A stretch of DNA of 37,800 nt from an uncultured Treponemataceae bacterium (GTDB taxonomy: Bacteria; Spirochaetota; Spirochaetia; Treponematales; Treponemataceae): the NCBI GenBank assembly GCA_964370655.1, contig CAYJKA010000001.1, forward strand, positions 12,660-50,459, in the 5' to 3' direction. Within the stretch, counting starts at the first letter, position 1; every line of letters begins with the position of its first letter. Position numbers and translations under genes: made by a program. A model generated the notes under the pieces. It was given only the letters and a program-made list of their open reading frames with translations, was not told the origin of the DNA and did no database searches. Shown piece by piece: positions 17,610 to 26,723 of this stretch.

Positions 17610-18152
17610 CTATTCTTCCTCAATCTTTTCTTTTAAACTTAATAATGATTCTTCATCTGGATAAAGAGTAGCAAAGTCATCTAATACGGACTTTGCTTTT
17701 TCTTTTTCATTATTTGCAATAAGAACAAGAATATAGTTTGTGTTTATTTCTTTGTCATAATTATGTTCTTGATAGAGTTTACTGTAAAGATCCGCTGCTG
17801 TAGCAATATCTCCACTCTGGGCAGTGGTCCATGCTATTGATTTTTTAAGTAATAGATTTTCTTGGTCATTCTTGAGTAGGGTATTAAAGCTATCTAGTGA
17901 AACAGCCCAATTTTCACTAAGTGCTGCTGTTCTTGCTATATTATATAGCAAAGTAGAGTTTTCATCTGTTGTGTAGCTTTTTGCCATTAATAGAAGCTCT
18001 AAAGCCTTATCATATTGCTCTAAGCTTGTATACTCTTCAGAAAGTGCAGTAAACTCATTTACAAGATCTTGAGTGTTAAGAGTTGAACTTTCACCAATTG
18101 ATGTACATGATATAAATAATACTGCACTAATGACAAGAAAAGCGTTTTTCAT
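17610..18152 (-). CDS. TPR-repeat lipoprotein
   Basis: Lipobox LFISC at the end of the signal peptide. Repeated A-x-x-x-Y/L helices (YDKALELLLMA, AADLYSKLYQ, EKAKSVLDDF) typical of TPR. Starts 1 nt after the upstream stop. Confidence 0.6.
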   Translation of the reverse strand: MKNAFLVISAVLFISCTSIGESSTLNTQDLVNEFTALSEEYTSLEQYDKALELLLMAKSYTTDENSTLLYNIARTAALSENWAVSLDSFNTLLKNDQENLLLKKSIAWTTAQSGDIATAADLYSKLYQEHNYDKEINTNYILVLIANNEKEKAKSVLDDFATLYPDEESLLSLKEKIEEE

Positions 18153-18153
18153 A

Positions 18154-19224
18154 TTATCCTAATACTGTTTTTTCAATTTTATTAAGCTGCGAGCGATATA
18201 AGCCAGAAATATTTGAACCGTAATCTGCAATTAATTGAATAATATTTCGTTGATTTTCTTCTGTATCCACTCCATTAAGCCTATCACCTGCATCCCCTAG
18301 TCCTGGTAAAATATATGCAGATGCATTAAGGACTGGATCCATCCATAACGTGTAGCAAGTACAATTTTCAATTGCTCTTACTATTCTAAGGCTTCCCTTT
18401 AATGCAGAAATAACATTGAAGAATTTTATAGATTTTGGTTTTACACCGTTTTCTAGAAGGTAATTAACAATTGTTATTAATGAACCACCCGTTGCGTTCA
18501 TTGGGTCAGCAAATACTAAATCCTTTCCATCAAGTTCTTCAAGTGAAAAGAAGGATTTTTTCAAGTCTAAAATATATTCCATGTTTGATTCGTTTTTAGA
18601 ATCATCGCGTTTGATTTTAAATAGCGCAAATGGTGTAACATATCCATGTGATGAATACTCTTCAAACTCTTTTGACATAATCATTGAAGGGAGTAGGGCT
18701 CCACGTAGCATCACACACATTACAGTATTTTCAATTTTGTAATCAATATCTGGGATTTTGTGAACTGAGTAGTTTTGAACTGGAACCGTTACTGGAGTTT
18801 TAACAACAAGATAGTTCTTGTTTTCTGTTTGGCTTCCGGCATATGCCATTCTAAAAAGCATTTCGTATGCACGCTGTGTGTAATAAACAAACTCATCGTG
18901 ACCTGTTCTTGTATCACGAAGTTTAGCAATTACACGTGATGCTTCTGCATGAGCAGATGGATCTGTTTCAAAGGAAAAAACTTTGAGAGCAGGAACTTCT
19001 TTACAAATTTCCTGCATAAACTGCCCCATCTCATTAAATGAGTTAATAATTTTCTTTTCTTCTTGTGCAATAGTAGACCCAAATCCACCTGAAGCGATAA
19101 TCTTAAAAGAGGCCATTGTTTCTTCATATAGAGAATCCATTTTTGCAAGAAATTCATGGTCTTTGTTTGTTAGATACCCATCTAAAGCTTCTGCTCTTAA
19201 AATTATTCTTGATTTTTCGTCCAT
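18154..19224 (-). CDS. Uracil phosphoribosyltransferase-family protein with an N-terminal extension of about 85-90 aa
   Basis: PRPP loop [13 protein letters not shown] and uracil-binding [15 protein letters not shown]. The UPRT core aligns from about residue 90. The N-terminal segment has no recognised family. Confidence 0.7.
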   Translation of the reverse strand: MDEKSRIILRAEALDGYLTNKDHEFLAKMDSLYEETMASFKIIASGGFGSTIAQEEKKIINSFNEMGQFMQEICKEVPALKVFSFETDPSAHAEASRVIAKLRDTRTGHDEFVYYTQRAYEMLFRMAYAGSQTENKNYLVVKTPVTVPVQNYSVHKIPDIDYKIENTVMCVMLRGALLPSMIMSKEFEEYSSHGYVTPFALFKIKRDDSKNESNMEYILDLKKSFFSLEELDGKDLVFADPMNATGGSLITIVNYLLENGVKPKSIKFFNVISALKGSLRIVRAIENCTCYTLWMDPVLNASAYILPGLGDAGDRLNGVDTEENQRNIIQLIADYGSNISGLYRSQLNKIEKTVLG

Positions 19225-19257
19225 ATTGCACTCCTATTCTGCTTTTTTTATTATAAA

Positions 19258-20133
19258 TTACATATTTCCAAAAATACTTGTATTAAATGGTATGTTTGAT
19301 AGCTTTATCACTGTTTCGTCTAGTTGTTGTACTTCAATATCTGATGCAATAGTAAATAGTTTTAATGCTGTCATTGTTCCTCTTGCAAGTTTTTCACTTT
19401 CCATTTTAAATTGTATATCTGTAGATAAGTTTTCATTATCTATAATTTCTATTTTTGCAAAAGCATAATCAATTGCTAATTCAATTGGTGCTTGCAATAT
19501 TGATGGTATAAGAGATTTTGCTTTTGGAAAATATAGTGATATTGATGTTTCATCTTCGAAAAGTGAGGTAATTGAAGTAAGTAGCCCGGTATCATCATAT
19601 GCAACTGGCCAATTAATTTCACTTAAGATATTATTTGCGTATCGATCTTGCATCCCACTAACATCATTTGTGGAAAGGACGATTAGATTTGGTGATACTG
19701 TTGCTAATTGAAGCCCAGTTAGACTATGTACTTTGTAGCTATATTTTGTACTGTTAATCTCTTTGTCAGCATTATTCCAGCCATTGCCGTTGTTTAATGA
19801 TGCATTTACAAGAAACTGTGGAAAAAGTCCTTGCAGGCCAAGTTGAATGTAAGAGTCGCTCATTGAAGACCCTTCATAATATGCAACATAGAGAGAATGA
19901 CTTCTTCCTAAAACTAAATCTAGAGAGTCTTTGTCTATTCCGGTAAGATTATTTAAAAGTAAGTTTGCAAGAACGTTTTCATTGCCATCAATTTTTACGT
20001 GAGCATACAATGTTGCATCTTCATCAAAAATGGCTAGAGGGCTTACTTGTTTTGTAAAATCTGGCATAGATGCACATGATGCAAGTATTGCTATTGCACA
20101 AATACTTATAAGTATTAGCTTAAGTTTATTCAC
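19258..20133 (-). CDS. Lipoprotein, divergent member of a local three-gene paralogous family
   Basis: Signal peptide plus lipobox AILASC. Shares NGW, ISLYF and IELAIDYA landmarks in the same order as the two upstream paralogues. Confidence 0.55.
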   Translation of the reverse strand: MNKLKLILISICAIAILASCASMPDFTKQVSPLAIFDEDATLYAHVKIDGNENVLANLLLNNLTGIDKDSLDLVLGRSHSLYVAYYEGSSMSDSYIQLGLQGLFPQFLVNASLNNGNGWNNADKEINSTKYSYKVHSLTGLQLATVSPNLIVLSTNDVSGMQDRYANNILSEINWPVAYDDTGLLTSITSLFEDETSISLYFPKAKSLIPSILQAPIELAIDYAFAKIEIIDNENLSTDIQFKMESEKLARGTMTALKLFTIASDIEVQQLDETVIKLSNIPFNTSIFGNM

Positions 20134-20150
20134 TGTAGATATTCCTTTGG

Positions 20151-21062
20151 TTAAATATTTTGCTCTTCGGCATCCATTAATGATTCATTTACCATTTCTT
20201 CTTCGATAATAATATTATCTAGTAGTATAGTTGTATCAGTTGGTTTTGTTATAACTATTTCATTCAATTCTGGTTGCATTTTAAATAAGTTAACTAGCTG
20301 TAATAGAGAGTCTCTCCCTTCTTCATCAGTAGCAGCTATTAGTATTTGTGCTGAATATGCTTCTTCTATATTGCTTAATGTTGCAGCAATGTATTCTATT
20401 TCAAAATTAATTTCGAATGGAAATTCTGACATAAGCTCAGACATAACAGATGATATATTTCGTATGTATAATGATATATCCTTATTATCAGATGCAAAAC
20501 TATATAGTTCTTGATGGCGCTGTTTAGTTTCCTTGTCTACATAATTTGGGTTACGGCTTAAATGATGATAATTTGTTATCATAGTGGTGATATTACCACT
20601 AGTAAAAAAGAGCATGGTATTTGATGCAATGAAAAATTTATCACCATCTTCGTCTTCATGCCATGTATAATCTTGGTTGCCAATAGTAAAAATATGAGTT
20701 TTCCATCCATCTTCATTATCTAAGCTGTGCTTTTCCAATAATAGTGCGTAATTTCCTTTTAAAACTGCTTCTACGTATTCTGAACTACTCTCATCATCTT
20801 CCTCTTTGTTAGTACCCATTGCTAGTGTTAGGCTTTCAGTGGCTTCAAAGAAAATATATTCATCGCTATCTTCCTCTAAGTCCATCATTGGCATAATTTG
20901 GTCTACAATACCACTTGTATGCATTGGTAAATTTGCAATAAGAAAAGAATCTTCACTGAAAAGTGAGTATAGGTCGATTTCTTCTTCAGGAATACTAGGT
21001 GTGCTTGTACATCCTAGTAATACAAACAATGTAATTAAACAAAGTGCTAACAATTTTTTCAT
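20151..21062 (-). CDS. Lipoprotein, paralogue 2 of the local family
   Basis: Lipobox VLLGC-TSTP. Collinear similarity to the 21078-21944 product (DGWKTHIFTIGNQDYTW vs NGWNIKLTTVGQDTYTW; MITNYHHL vs MIHNFHAL; FPFEINFEIEYIAA vs FPFDIEYAAI). Confidence 0.6.
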   Translation of the reverse strand: MKKLLALCLITLFVLLGCTSTPSIPEEEIDLYSLFSEDSFLIANLPMHTSGIVDQIMPMMDLEEDSDEYIFFEATESLTLAMGTNKEEDDESSSEYVEAVLKGNYALLLEKHSLDNEDGWKTHIFTIGNQDYTWHEDEDGDKFFIASNTMLFFTSGNITTMITNYHHLSRNPNYVDKETKQRHQELYSFASDNKDISLYIRNISSVMSELMSEFPFEINFEIEYIAATLSNIEEAYSAQILIAATDEEGRDSLLQLVNLFKMQPELNEIVITKPTDTTILLDNIIIEEEMVNESLMDAEEQNI

Positions 21063-21077
21063 TTTTTACTCCAGTTA

Positions 21078-21944
21078 TTAAAAATTCTGTTGCATTAGAG
21101 CAGCAGAATCTATTTCAAAGTTATTAACAATAAACACGGTTGGTGAAATACGCTTAGCTTTTATTTCAGAGCCAATTTGTGCAAGTAGTGCTAGTTGATA
21201 TATAGCATTTGATTTTTCTACGCTTTCTGCACCAACAAGTGCTCTTAAAAGCGTTTTATCACCATTAGGTATTGCTTCAATTGCGGCATACTCAATATCA
21301 AAGGGAAAGGTAGTTATCGAAGTCAGCTCTAAAAAAGTTTTCACATCGGTTACATAAAGTGAAGTATAGTCGCTATCTATAAAAAAGTTCATAATATGTG
21401 TGTGTCTTTCTACTTCTGCTAAATCTTGGCTTGTTTGGTGTTTTAGCGCGTGAAAATTGTGTATCATCTTTTCAATATCTGCATGAGAAATAAACATAAT
21501 GTTTTCTTCTGGCATAAAAAACTGAAAAGATTCTTCTGCTTCTACCCACGTATATGTATCTTGTCCTACCGTAGTTAGTTTTATATTCCAACCATTTTCT
21601 TCTGTAAAGCCATTTTCCTCAAAAAATGATAGTGAATATGTTCCTATTGCAACTGCTTGCAGAGTGTTATCAATATCCATGTTCGTTGTAGATTGCATAA
21701 ATCCATCAGTATTTTCAAAAAATATTTTTATTGACAGTTGCATTATGTCAGTTGTATCAATTCTTTGCATAAACTCATCTTGTCTTGGACTATTTTCTAT
21801 CTTTATATATGATATAAATAAATCATCCTTATTGAACATTGATAGATAGTTAATACTATCATCTACCTTCTCTGGTGTAGAAGCACAGCTCGACACCAGA
21901 AGTAGGGTAATTAGAGCTAATAGGAATATACTAAGCTTTTTCAA
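21078..21944 (-). CDS. Lipoprotein, paralogue 1 of the local family
   Basis: Lipobox LVSSC-ASTP. Start overlaps the ileS stop by 14 nt. Collinear similarity to the 20151-21062 product. Confidence 0.6.
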   Translation of the reverse strand: MKKLSIFLLALITLLLVSSCASTPEKVDDSINYLSMFNKDDLFISYIKIENSPRQDEFMQRIDTTDIMQLSIKIFFENTDGFMQSTTNMDIDNTLQAVAIGTYSLSFFEENGFTEENGWNIKLTTVGQDTYTWVEAEESFQFFMPEENIMFISHADIEKMIHNFHALKHQTSQDLAEVERHTHIMNFFIDSDYTSLYVTDVKTFLELTSITTFPFDIEYAAIEAIPNGDKTLLRALVGAESVEKSNAIYQLALLAQIGSEIKAKRISPTVFIVNNFEIDSAALMQQNF

Positions 21945-24900
21945 TTGTTATTCTCCAGGTGCTTTCTCCTGCCTCAACATTTATCCCTTCTGCAATTGAA
22001 TCAACCCAAGTGGCTTCTTTACAGAGCGTTTCAGATGCGATGTAATCTACAAATTCATCAAATGCTTTCTTTAAGCTTGTTTCGCTTTCACTGCTAGCAC
22101 TTGAAATTCTTAGATTAATTCTATCGCTAACTTCTAAGCCTTTTTCTTTTCGTTCTGTTTGAACACCACGAACTAAGTCTCGCACGTATCCTTCAAGTTT
22201 TAATTCTTCTGTAATTTCAGAATCAAGAGCAACGGTTAAAGTTCCATCATTTACAACTTTGAGGTTTGCTTTTTCTATTCTTTCAACCATAATTTTTTCT
22301 TCGGTCAATTCAACAGTCTTTCCTTCTACATCAATACTCAATGTAGAACCATCTAATAGGGATTGAATTGCACTTTGATCCAACTCAGAAATTATATCAG
22401 ATGCCTTTTTCATTAGAGGGCCAAGCTCTTTTCCAAGTGTTCTAAAGTTCGCTTTTGCTTTGTATTCTACTAATTCATCTTCTCTTTCATGGAATACAAT
22501 TTTCTTTACATTCAATTCTTCTCTAATAGATTCTTCCATTGCTAAGAGAACAGTTTTTTCGTCGGGATTTCTTGTTACAAATTCAACACTTTTTAAAGGT
22601 TGTCTGATTTTTAAATTGTATTGGTAACGAAGTGAGCGGCCCATTGAAACAGCTTTTTGAACTGTATCCATTTCAAACTCTAGTGCTAAATCACGTTTAG
22701 ATTCATCATAAGCAGGGTAGTCGCAAAGGTGAACAGACTCTTTGTCACTGTCCAGCCTAAGGTTTTGCCACATAGCTTCTGTAATAAATGGAATAACAGG
22801 GGCTGCAACTTGTGTAAACGTTTTTAAAGCTGAATACAATGTTTCGTATGCCTCTGTTTTGTCACTATCATTTTCACTTCTCCAAAAACGTCTTCTGCTT
22901 CGGCGAATATACCAGTTGTTTAGTTGGTCAATATATGCAACGATTGGGTCAATAGCTTTGGATAAATCGTAGTTATCTAAAGCTTCTGTAACATCTTTTA
23001 CCATTTTTTGAGTTATAGATAATATCCAACGATCTAATGGATTAACAGGAAGGCTTTTTTCAAATGCGTTGCCTGTTGCAGTTACACCATCTATATTTGC
23101 ATATGTTACAAAGAAACTATACGAGTTCCACAGCGGTATTAAAACACCTTTTAGAACATCTCGTACGCCTTCATCTGAATATTTTAAGTCATCTGCTTTT
23201 ACTGCAGCAGAGTGTATTAAAAAGAGACGTATTGCATCAGCTCCAAATTGATCCATTACTATGGCTGGGTCTGTATAGTTTTTTAAACTCTTTGACATTT
23301 TTTTTCCGTCAGAAGCCAAAATTAAGCCATTTACAATACAGTTCTTAAATGCCGGCTTATCAAAGAGGGCTGCTGCTAAAACAGTTAAGGAATAAAACCA
23401 TCCACGAGTTTGATCTAAGCCTTCAGAAATAAAGTCTGCAGGATAATGGCTTTCAAAATACTCTTTATTTTCAAATGGGTAGTGGTTTTGTGCATAAGGC
23501 ATAGATCCTGATTCAAACCAACAGTCCAATACTTCTGGAACACGCTTCATGCTTGTTCCGCATTCACAAGGAATTTCTATCTTATCTACATAGTGTTTAT
23601 GTAAGTCTTCTGGGTATACACCGGATAATTCTTTTAATTCATCTCTACTTCCAACACAGATAGACTTTCCGCAGTCATCACATTTCCAAACGGGAATTGG
23701 ATTTCCCCAATATCGATTTCGGCTAATTGCCCAGTCTCGTGCACCTTCAAGCCATTTTCCAAATCGTCCTGCTTTTATGTGTTCTGGTTGCCATGTAATT
23801 TGATCATTAGCCTTTAAAAGCTTGTCGCGAATTGATTCTACGCCTACAAACCAGCTTCCAATTGCACGATAAATTAGCGGGCTTCCACATCTCCAACAGT
23901 GTGGGTATGAGTGAAGTATTTGGTCTCTTTTTATAAGTTTACCTTCGTTTTTTAGACGCTCCATAATGTCTTTGTCACAATCTTTTACAAAGCGACCTTC
24001 GTAGTCACTAACTTCAGACGTAAACTTACATTCAGCATCAACAGGACAAATTGTTGGAATATTTGTTCCTTTAAATAACTTATTGTCTTCTTCACCAAAG
24101 CCGGGGGCTGTGTGTACTATACCTGTTCCATCCTCTGTTGTTACAAAGTCGCCGACAAATACTCTAAAGGCACCAATTGATTTTGGATAATCTTCAGTTG
24201 CACTCTGGTGCTCTGCAAAGTATGGGAACAAGGGTTCGTATCGCATATCTTTTAGTTCTGAACCCTTTTTTGTCCACACTATAGTGTAATCTTCTTCATT
24301 TTTGTAATATGCTGAAAGTCTCGACTCTGCAAAAATATAAAAGTCGTCTCCGTCCTTTATTTTTACATAGTCTACTTCAGGACCTACGGCAAGCCCAAGG
24401 TTAGATGGAAGTGTCCAAGGTGTAGTTGTCCATGCTAAAAAGTATGTGTTTTCAATGTCTGTAACATTTGAGTTTCCTTCTTTTATCTTAAAGCGAACAG
24501 TTACAGCTGGGTCATGTACATCTTTATAACCACCAAGACTTAGTTCGTGGTTAGAAAGTACCGTTGCACAGCGAGGACAATATGGCAAAATGTAAAATCC
24601 TTCGGTTAAAAGATCTTTTTCCCACAGTGTTTTTAAAATCCACCAAATAGATTCCATGTAACTACTGTCCATAGTTTTGTAATCGTTATCAAAGTCAACC
24701 CAACGACCAAGTCGAGTGATTGTTTGTTTCCATTCATCAACATAGCGTAAAACGCTTTCTCTGCAAGCTTCATTAAACTTATCTACGCCAAATTTTTCAA
24801 TATCAGTTTTTGAATTAAGCCCAAGTTCTTTTTCAATTAAGTTTTCTACTGGAAGTCCGTGACAATCCCAGCCAAATCTTCTTTCAACCTTCAAACCTTT

Positions 24901-25122
24901 CATAGTTTGGTAACGAGGAATAATATCTTTAATGGTATTCGGAATAAAGTGTCCAAAGTGAGGTAAGCCTGTTGCAAAAGGAGGGCCATCATAGAATACA
25001 TATTCTTTTTGCCCCTCACGAGCATCTATTGATTTCTTAAAAATAGTATTTTTTTTCCAAAACTCTAAAATTGTTTCTTCTTGTTTAGAAAAATTAACCT
25101 TTGGATCTACATTCTGGTACAA
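21931..25122 (-). CDS. ileS: Isoleucine--tRNA ligase, long type-2 (eukaryote-like) form
   Basis: HIGH-region PPFATGLPHFGH, KMSKS loop KMSKSLKN, CP1 editing domain (WTTTPWTLPSN), 1063 aa. TTG start 7 nt after GAGAGG. Confidence 0.95.
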   Translation of the reverse strand: MYQNVDPKVNFSKQEETILEFWKKNTIFKKSIDAREGQKEYVFYDGPPFATGLPHFGHFIPNTIKDIIPRYQTMKGLKVERRFGWDCHGLPVENLIEKELGLNSKTDIEKFGVDKFNEACRESVLRYVDEWKQTITRLGRWVDFDNDYKTMDSSYMESIWWILKTLWEKDLLTEGFYILPYCPRCATVLSNHELSLGGYKDVHDPAVTVRFKIKEGNSNVTDIENTYFLAWTTTPWTLPSNLGLAVGPEVDYVKIKDGDDFYIFAESRLSAYYKNEEDYTIVWTKKGSELKDMRYEPLFPYFAEHQSATEDYPKSIGAFRVFVGDFVTTEDGTGIVHTAPGFGEEDNKLFKGTNIPTICPVDAECKFTSEVSDYEGRFVKDCDKDIMERLKNEGKLIKRDQILHSYPHCWRCGSPLIYRAIGSWFVGVESIRDKLLKANDQITWQPEHIKAGRFGKWLEGARDWAISRNRYWGNPIPVWKCDDCGKSICVGSRDELKELSGVYPEDLHKHYVDKIEIPCECGTSMKRVPEVLDCWFESGSMPYAQNHYPFENKEYFESHYPADFISEGLDQTRGWFYSLTVLAAALFDKPAFKNCIVNGLILASDGKKMSKSLKNYTDPAIVMDQFGADAIRLFLIHSAAVKADDLKYSDEGVRDVLKGVLIPLWNSYSFFVTYANIDGVTATGNAFEKSLPVNPLDRWILSITQKMVKDVTEALDNYDLSKAIDPIVAYIDQLNNWYIRRSRRRFWRSENDSDKTEAYETLYSALKTFTQVAAPVIPFITEAMWQNLRLDSDKESVHLCDYPAYDESKRDLALEFEMDTVQKAVSMGRSLRYQYNLKIRQPLKSVEFVTRNPDEKTVLLAMEESIREELNVKKIVFHEREDELVEYKAKANFRTLGKELGPLMKKASDIISELDQSAIQSLLDGSTLSIDVEGKTVELTEEKIMVERIEKANLKVVNDGTLTVALDSEITEELKLEGYVRDLVRGVQTERKEKGLEVSDRINLRISSASSESETSLKKAFDEFVDYIASETLCKEATWVDSIAEGINVEAGESTWRITIEKA

Positions 25123-25212
25123 AGTAAAAACCTCTCATTTTTTTGATTATATTACTATAAAATACCATAATTTAGCTAAATACTCAAGGGCTAAGCAATT
25201 ATGAATAACAAT

Positions 25213-26487
25213 TTATTTACTTCCTGTTATTTCTAAGGCTTTTGGGAAAAAGTCTTCTTGCCCAAAATTTCCACTTTTTAGGACAAGGCGAATGTTTTGA
25301 TTACTTATAGGAATCATAATTGGGACACCTGGAGCGATGCTTTTGCCTATTATAAAACTGTTAAAGCCTAGTTCTTTAGTTATTGCACTGGAGGTTTCTC
25401 CTCCAGCGCATATTATTCTTGTGTAGTTGTTATTTACTGCCATTAAGGCAATGCTTGCTAATGTTTTTTCAAGTATGTCAGCACATTTTTTTTGCATTTC
25501 ACTATCACTATGCTGTATTGACTCTTCAGAACCACTAGCATACACTAATACTTCTGCATTGCTGTTACGCATCACAAAGGCAAAAACATCTTCTGCACAT
25601 ATTTCTCCACTAAGTAATTTTAATGGGTCTATTTTATATACAGTTTTGTCTAAGTTTTTATAGTAACTAACTTGAGCCCTTGTCATTTTTGAGCAGCTTC
25701 CTGCAAGTATGATACCTTTGCCTTTTGTGCTAGAGGGTATGTTTTTTTCTGTGGCCGTATTTTTAGAATTCCTTTTATATTTTTTTCCCAATGCACTTAG
25801 AATCCCAGAACCGCCTGATAGAATATAGTTAGTACTAAAAATGTCAGCTATTTTTTTTGCGTGGGTATCGTTAATATAATCAGGAACAATGTAGAAGTTC
25901 TTATTTTCGCTTGCAAATGCTTTGATATGCTCTTTAATAATATCTGTACTTTTATCCATCATTTTGTAATCTATATGCAGTACTGGGAATTCGCCTTGTT
26001 CTTTCATTAAATCTTCAATACGAGATGCCCACATAGGTGTTAATGGATGGTCTTTCATATGAGATTCATGCAGGGGAATATTATCAACATATAGGGTTCC
26101 ATTTTTTACTATTCTATTGTTTACAGGAAGGGCAGGGCAGAGTATAGAGTATGAAACATTGTACTTTTTTATTATAGCATCTAAAACAGGTCCGATATTC
26201 CCTTCTTTTGTAGAGTCAAATGTTGAGCAATATTTAAAATAAAGATGTTTTGCATTATACTTGCTAAGCCATTCAAACGCTTCTAAGCTATCATGTATCG
26301 CATCTTCTTTTGCTTGAGTTCTGCTTTTTAAGGCAATTACAATAGCGTCAAAATCTAATAAAATGGCATTGTTAGGTGTACCATTAACTAATATTGTTTT
26401 TAAACCTGCAGAGAGAAGAAAAGATGCTGCATCACTGGCTCCTGTGAAATCATCTGCAACACATCCTATTAGAAATTGTTTTGGCAT
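25213..26487 (-). CDS. Four-carbon acid sugar kinase family protein (DUF1537, YgbK/OtnK-like)
   Basis: N-terminal GCVADDFTGASDAASFL and C-terminal nucleotide-binding CAGGETSSAI motifs, about 420 aa. RBS AAGGTGGG. Confidence 0.7.
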   Translation of the reverse strand: MPKQFLIGCVADDFTGASDAASFLLSAGLKTILVNGTPNNAILLDFDAIVIALKSRTQAKEDAIHDSLEAFEWLSKYNAKHLYFKYCSTFDSTKEGNIGPVLDAIIKKYNVSYSILCPALPVNNRIVKNGTLYVDNIPLHESHMKDHPLTPMWASRIEDLMKEQGEFPVLHIDYKMMDKSTDIIKEHIKAFASENKNFYIVPDYINDTHAKKIADIFSTNYILSGGSGILSALGKKYKRNSKNTATEKNIPSSTKGKGIILAGSCSKMTRAQVSYYKNLDKTVYKIDPLKLLSGEICAEDVFAFVMRNSNAEVLVYASGSEESIQHSDSEMQKKCADILEKTLASIALMAVNNNYTRIICAGGETSSAITKELGFNSFIIGKSIAPGVPIMIPISNQNIRLVLKSGNFGQEDFFPKALEITGSK

Positions 26488-26515
26488 TTAAACCCACCTT
26501 AGTATGTATGTAACG

Positions 26516-26544
26516 ACTTTACAAAAGAAGTTCTTGTTTGTCAA
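26516..26544 (-). promoter_or_regulatory. Possible sigma-70 promoter of the sugar-kinase gene (TTGACA-17 nt-TAAAGT on the minus strand)
   Basis: Plus-strand TGTCAA at 26539-26544 and ACTTTA at 26516-26521 with 17 nt between, about 25 nt upstream of the ATG at 26487. Confidence 0.4.
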
Positions 26545-26580
26545 GTCATGCATAATTGTGCAAAATTTTAAGAAATCTAC

Positions 26581-26610
26581 TTGACATTTTTATCGCTTAT
26601 GTGCTATTAT
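26581..26610 (+). promoter_or_regulatory. Sigma-70 promoter of tRNA-Pro (TTGACA-18 nt-TATTAT with TG extension)
   Basis: TTGACA 26581-26586; TGcTATTAT 26602-26610. About 40 nt upstream of the tRNA 5' end. Confidence 0.6.
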
Positions 26611-26649
26611 ATTTGACGTAACGACTTGCGTTTGCAAGATTGTTTACAA

Positions 26650-26722
26650 CGGAATGTAGCGCAGCTGGTAGCGCGCCTGGTTTGGGACCAGGATGTCGCA
26701 GGTTCGAATCCTGTCGTTCCGA
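26650..26722 (+). tRNA. tRNA-Pro, anticodon UGG (CCA not encoded)
   Basis: Hand-folded cloverleaf. Acceptor CGGAATG/CGTTCCG (one G-U), D stem GCGC/GCGC, anticodon stem CCTGG/CCAGG with loop TT-TGG-GA, variable ATGTC, T arm GCAGG-TTCGAAT-CCTGT, discriminator A. Confidence 0.9.
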
Positions 26723-26723
26723 A

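Noticed and set aside
18983-19468. Antisense or shadow ORFs inside well-supported genes: 18983-19468 (+), 30115-30645 (+), 36203-36577 (+), 6094-6462 (-), 16657-17070 (-), 22742-23348 (+), and the other short ORFs in the track
   Set aside because: Each lies entirely within, and opposite or out of frame to, a gene with strong family motifs. They lack RBSs and have skewed low-complexity composition typical of non-coding frames.
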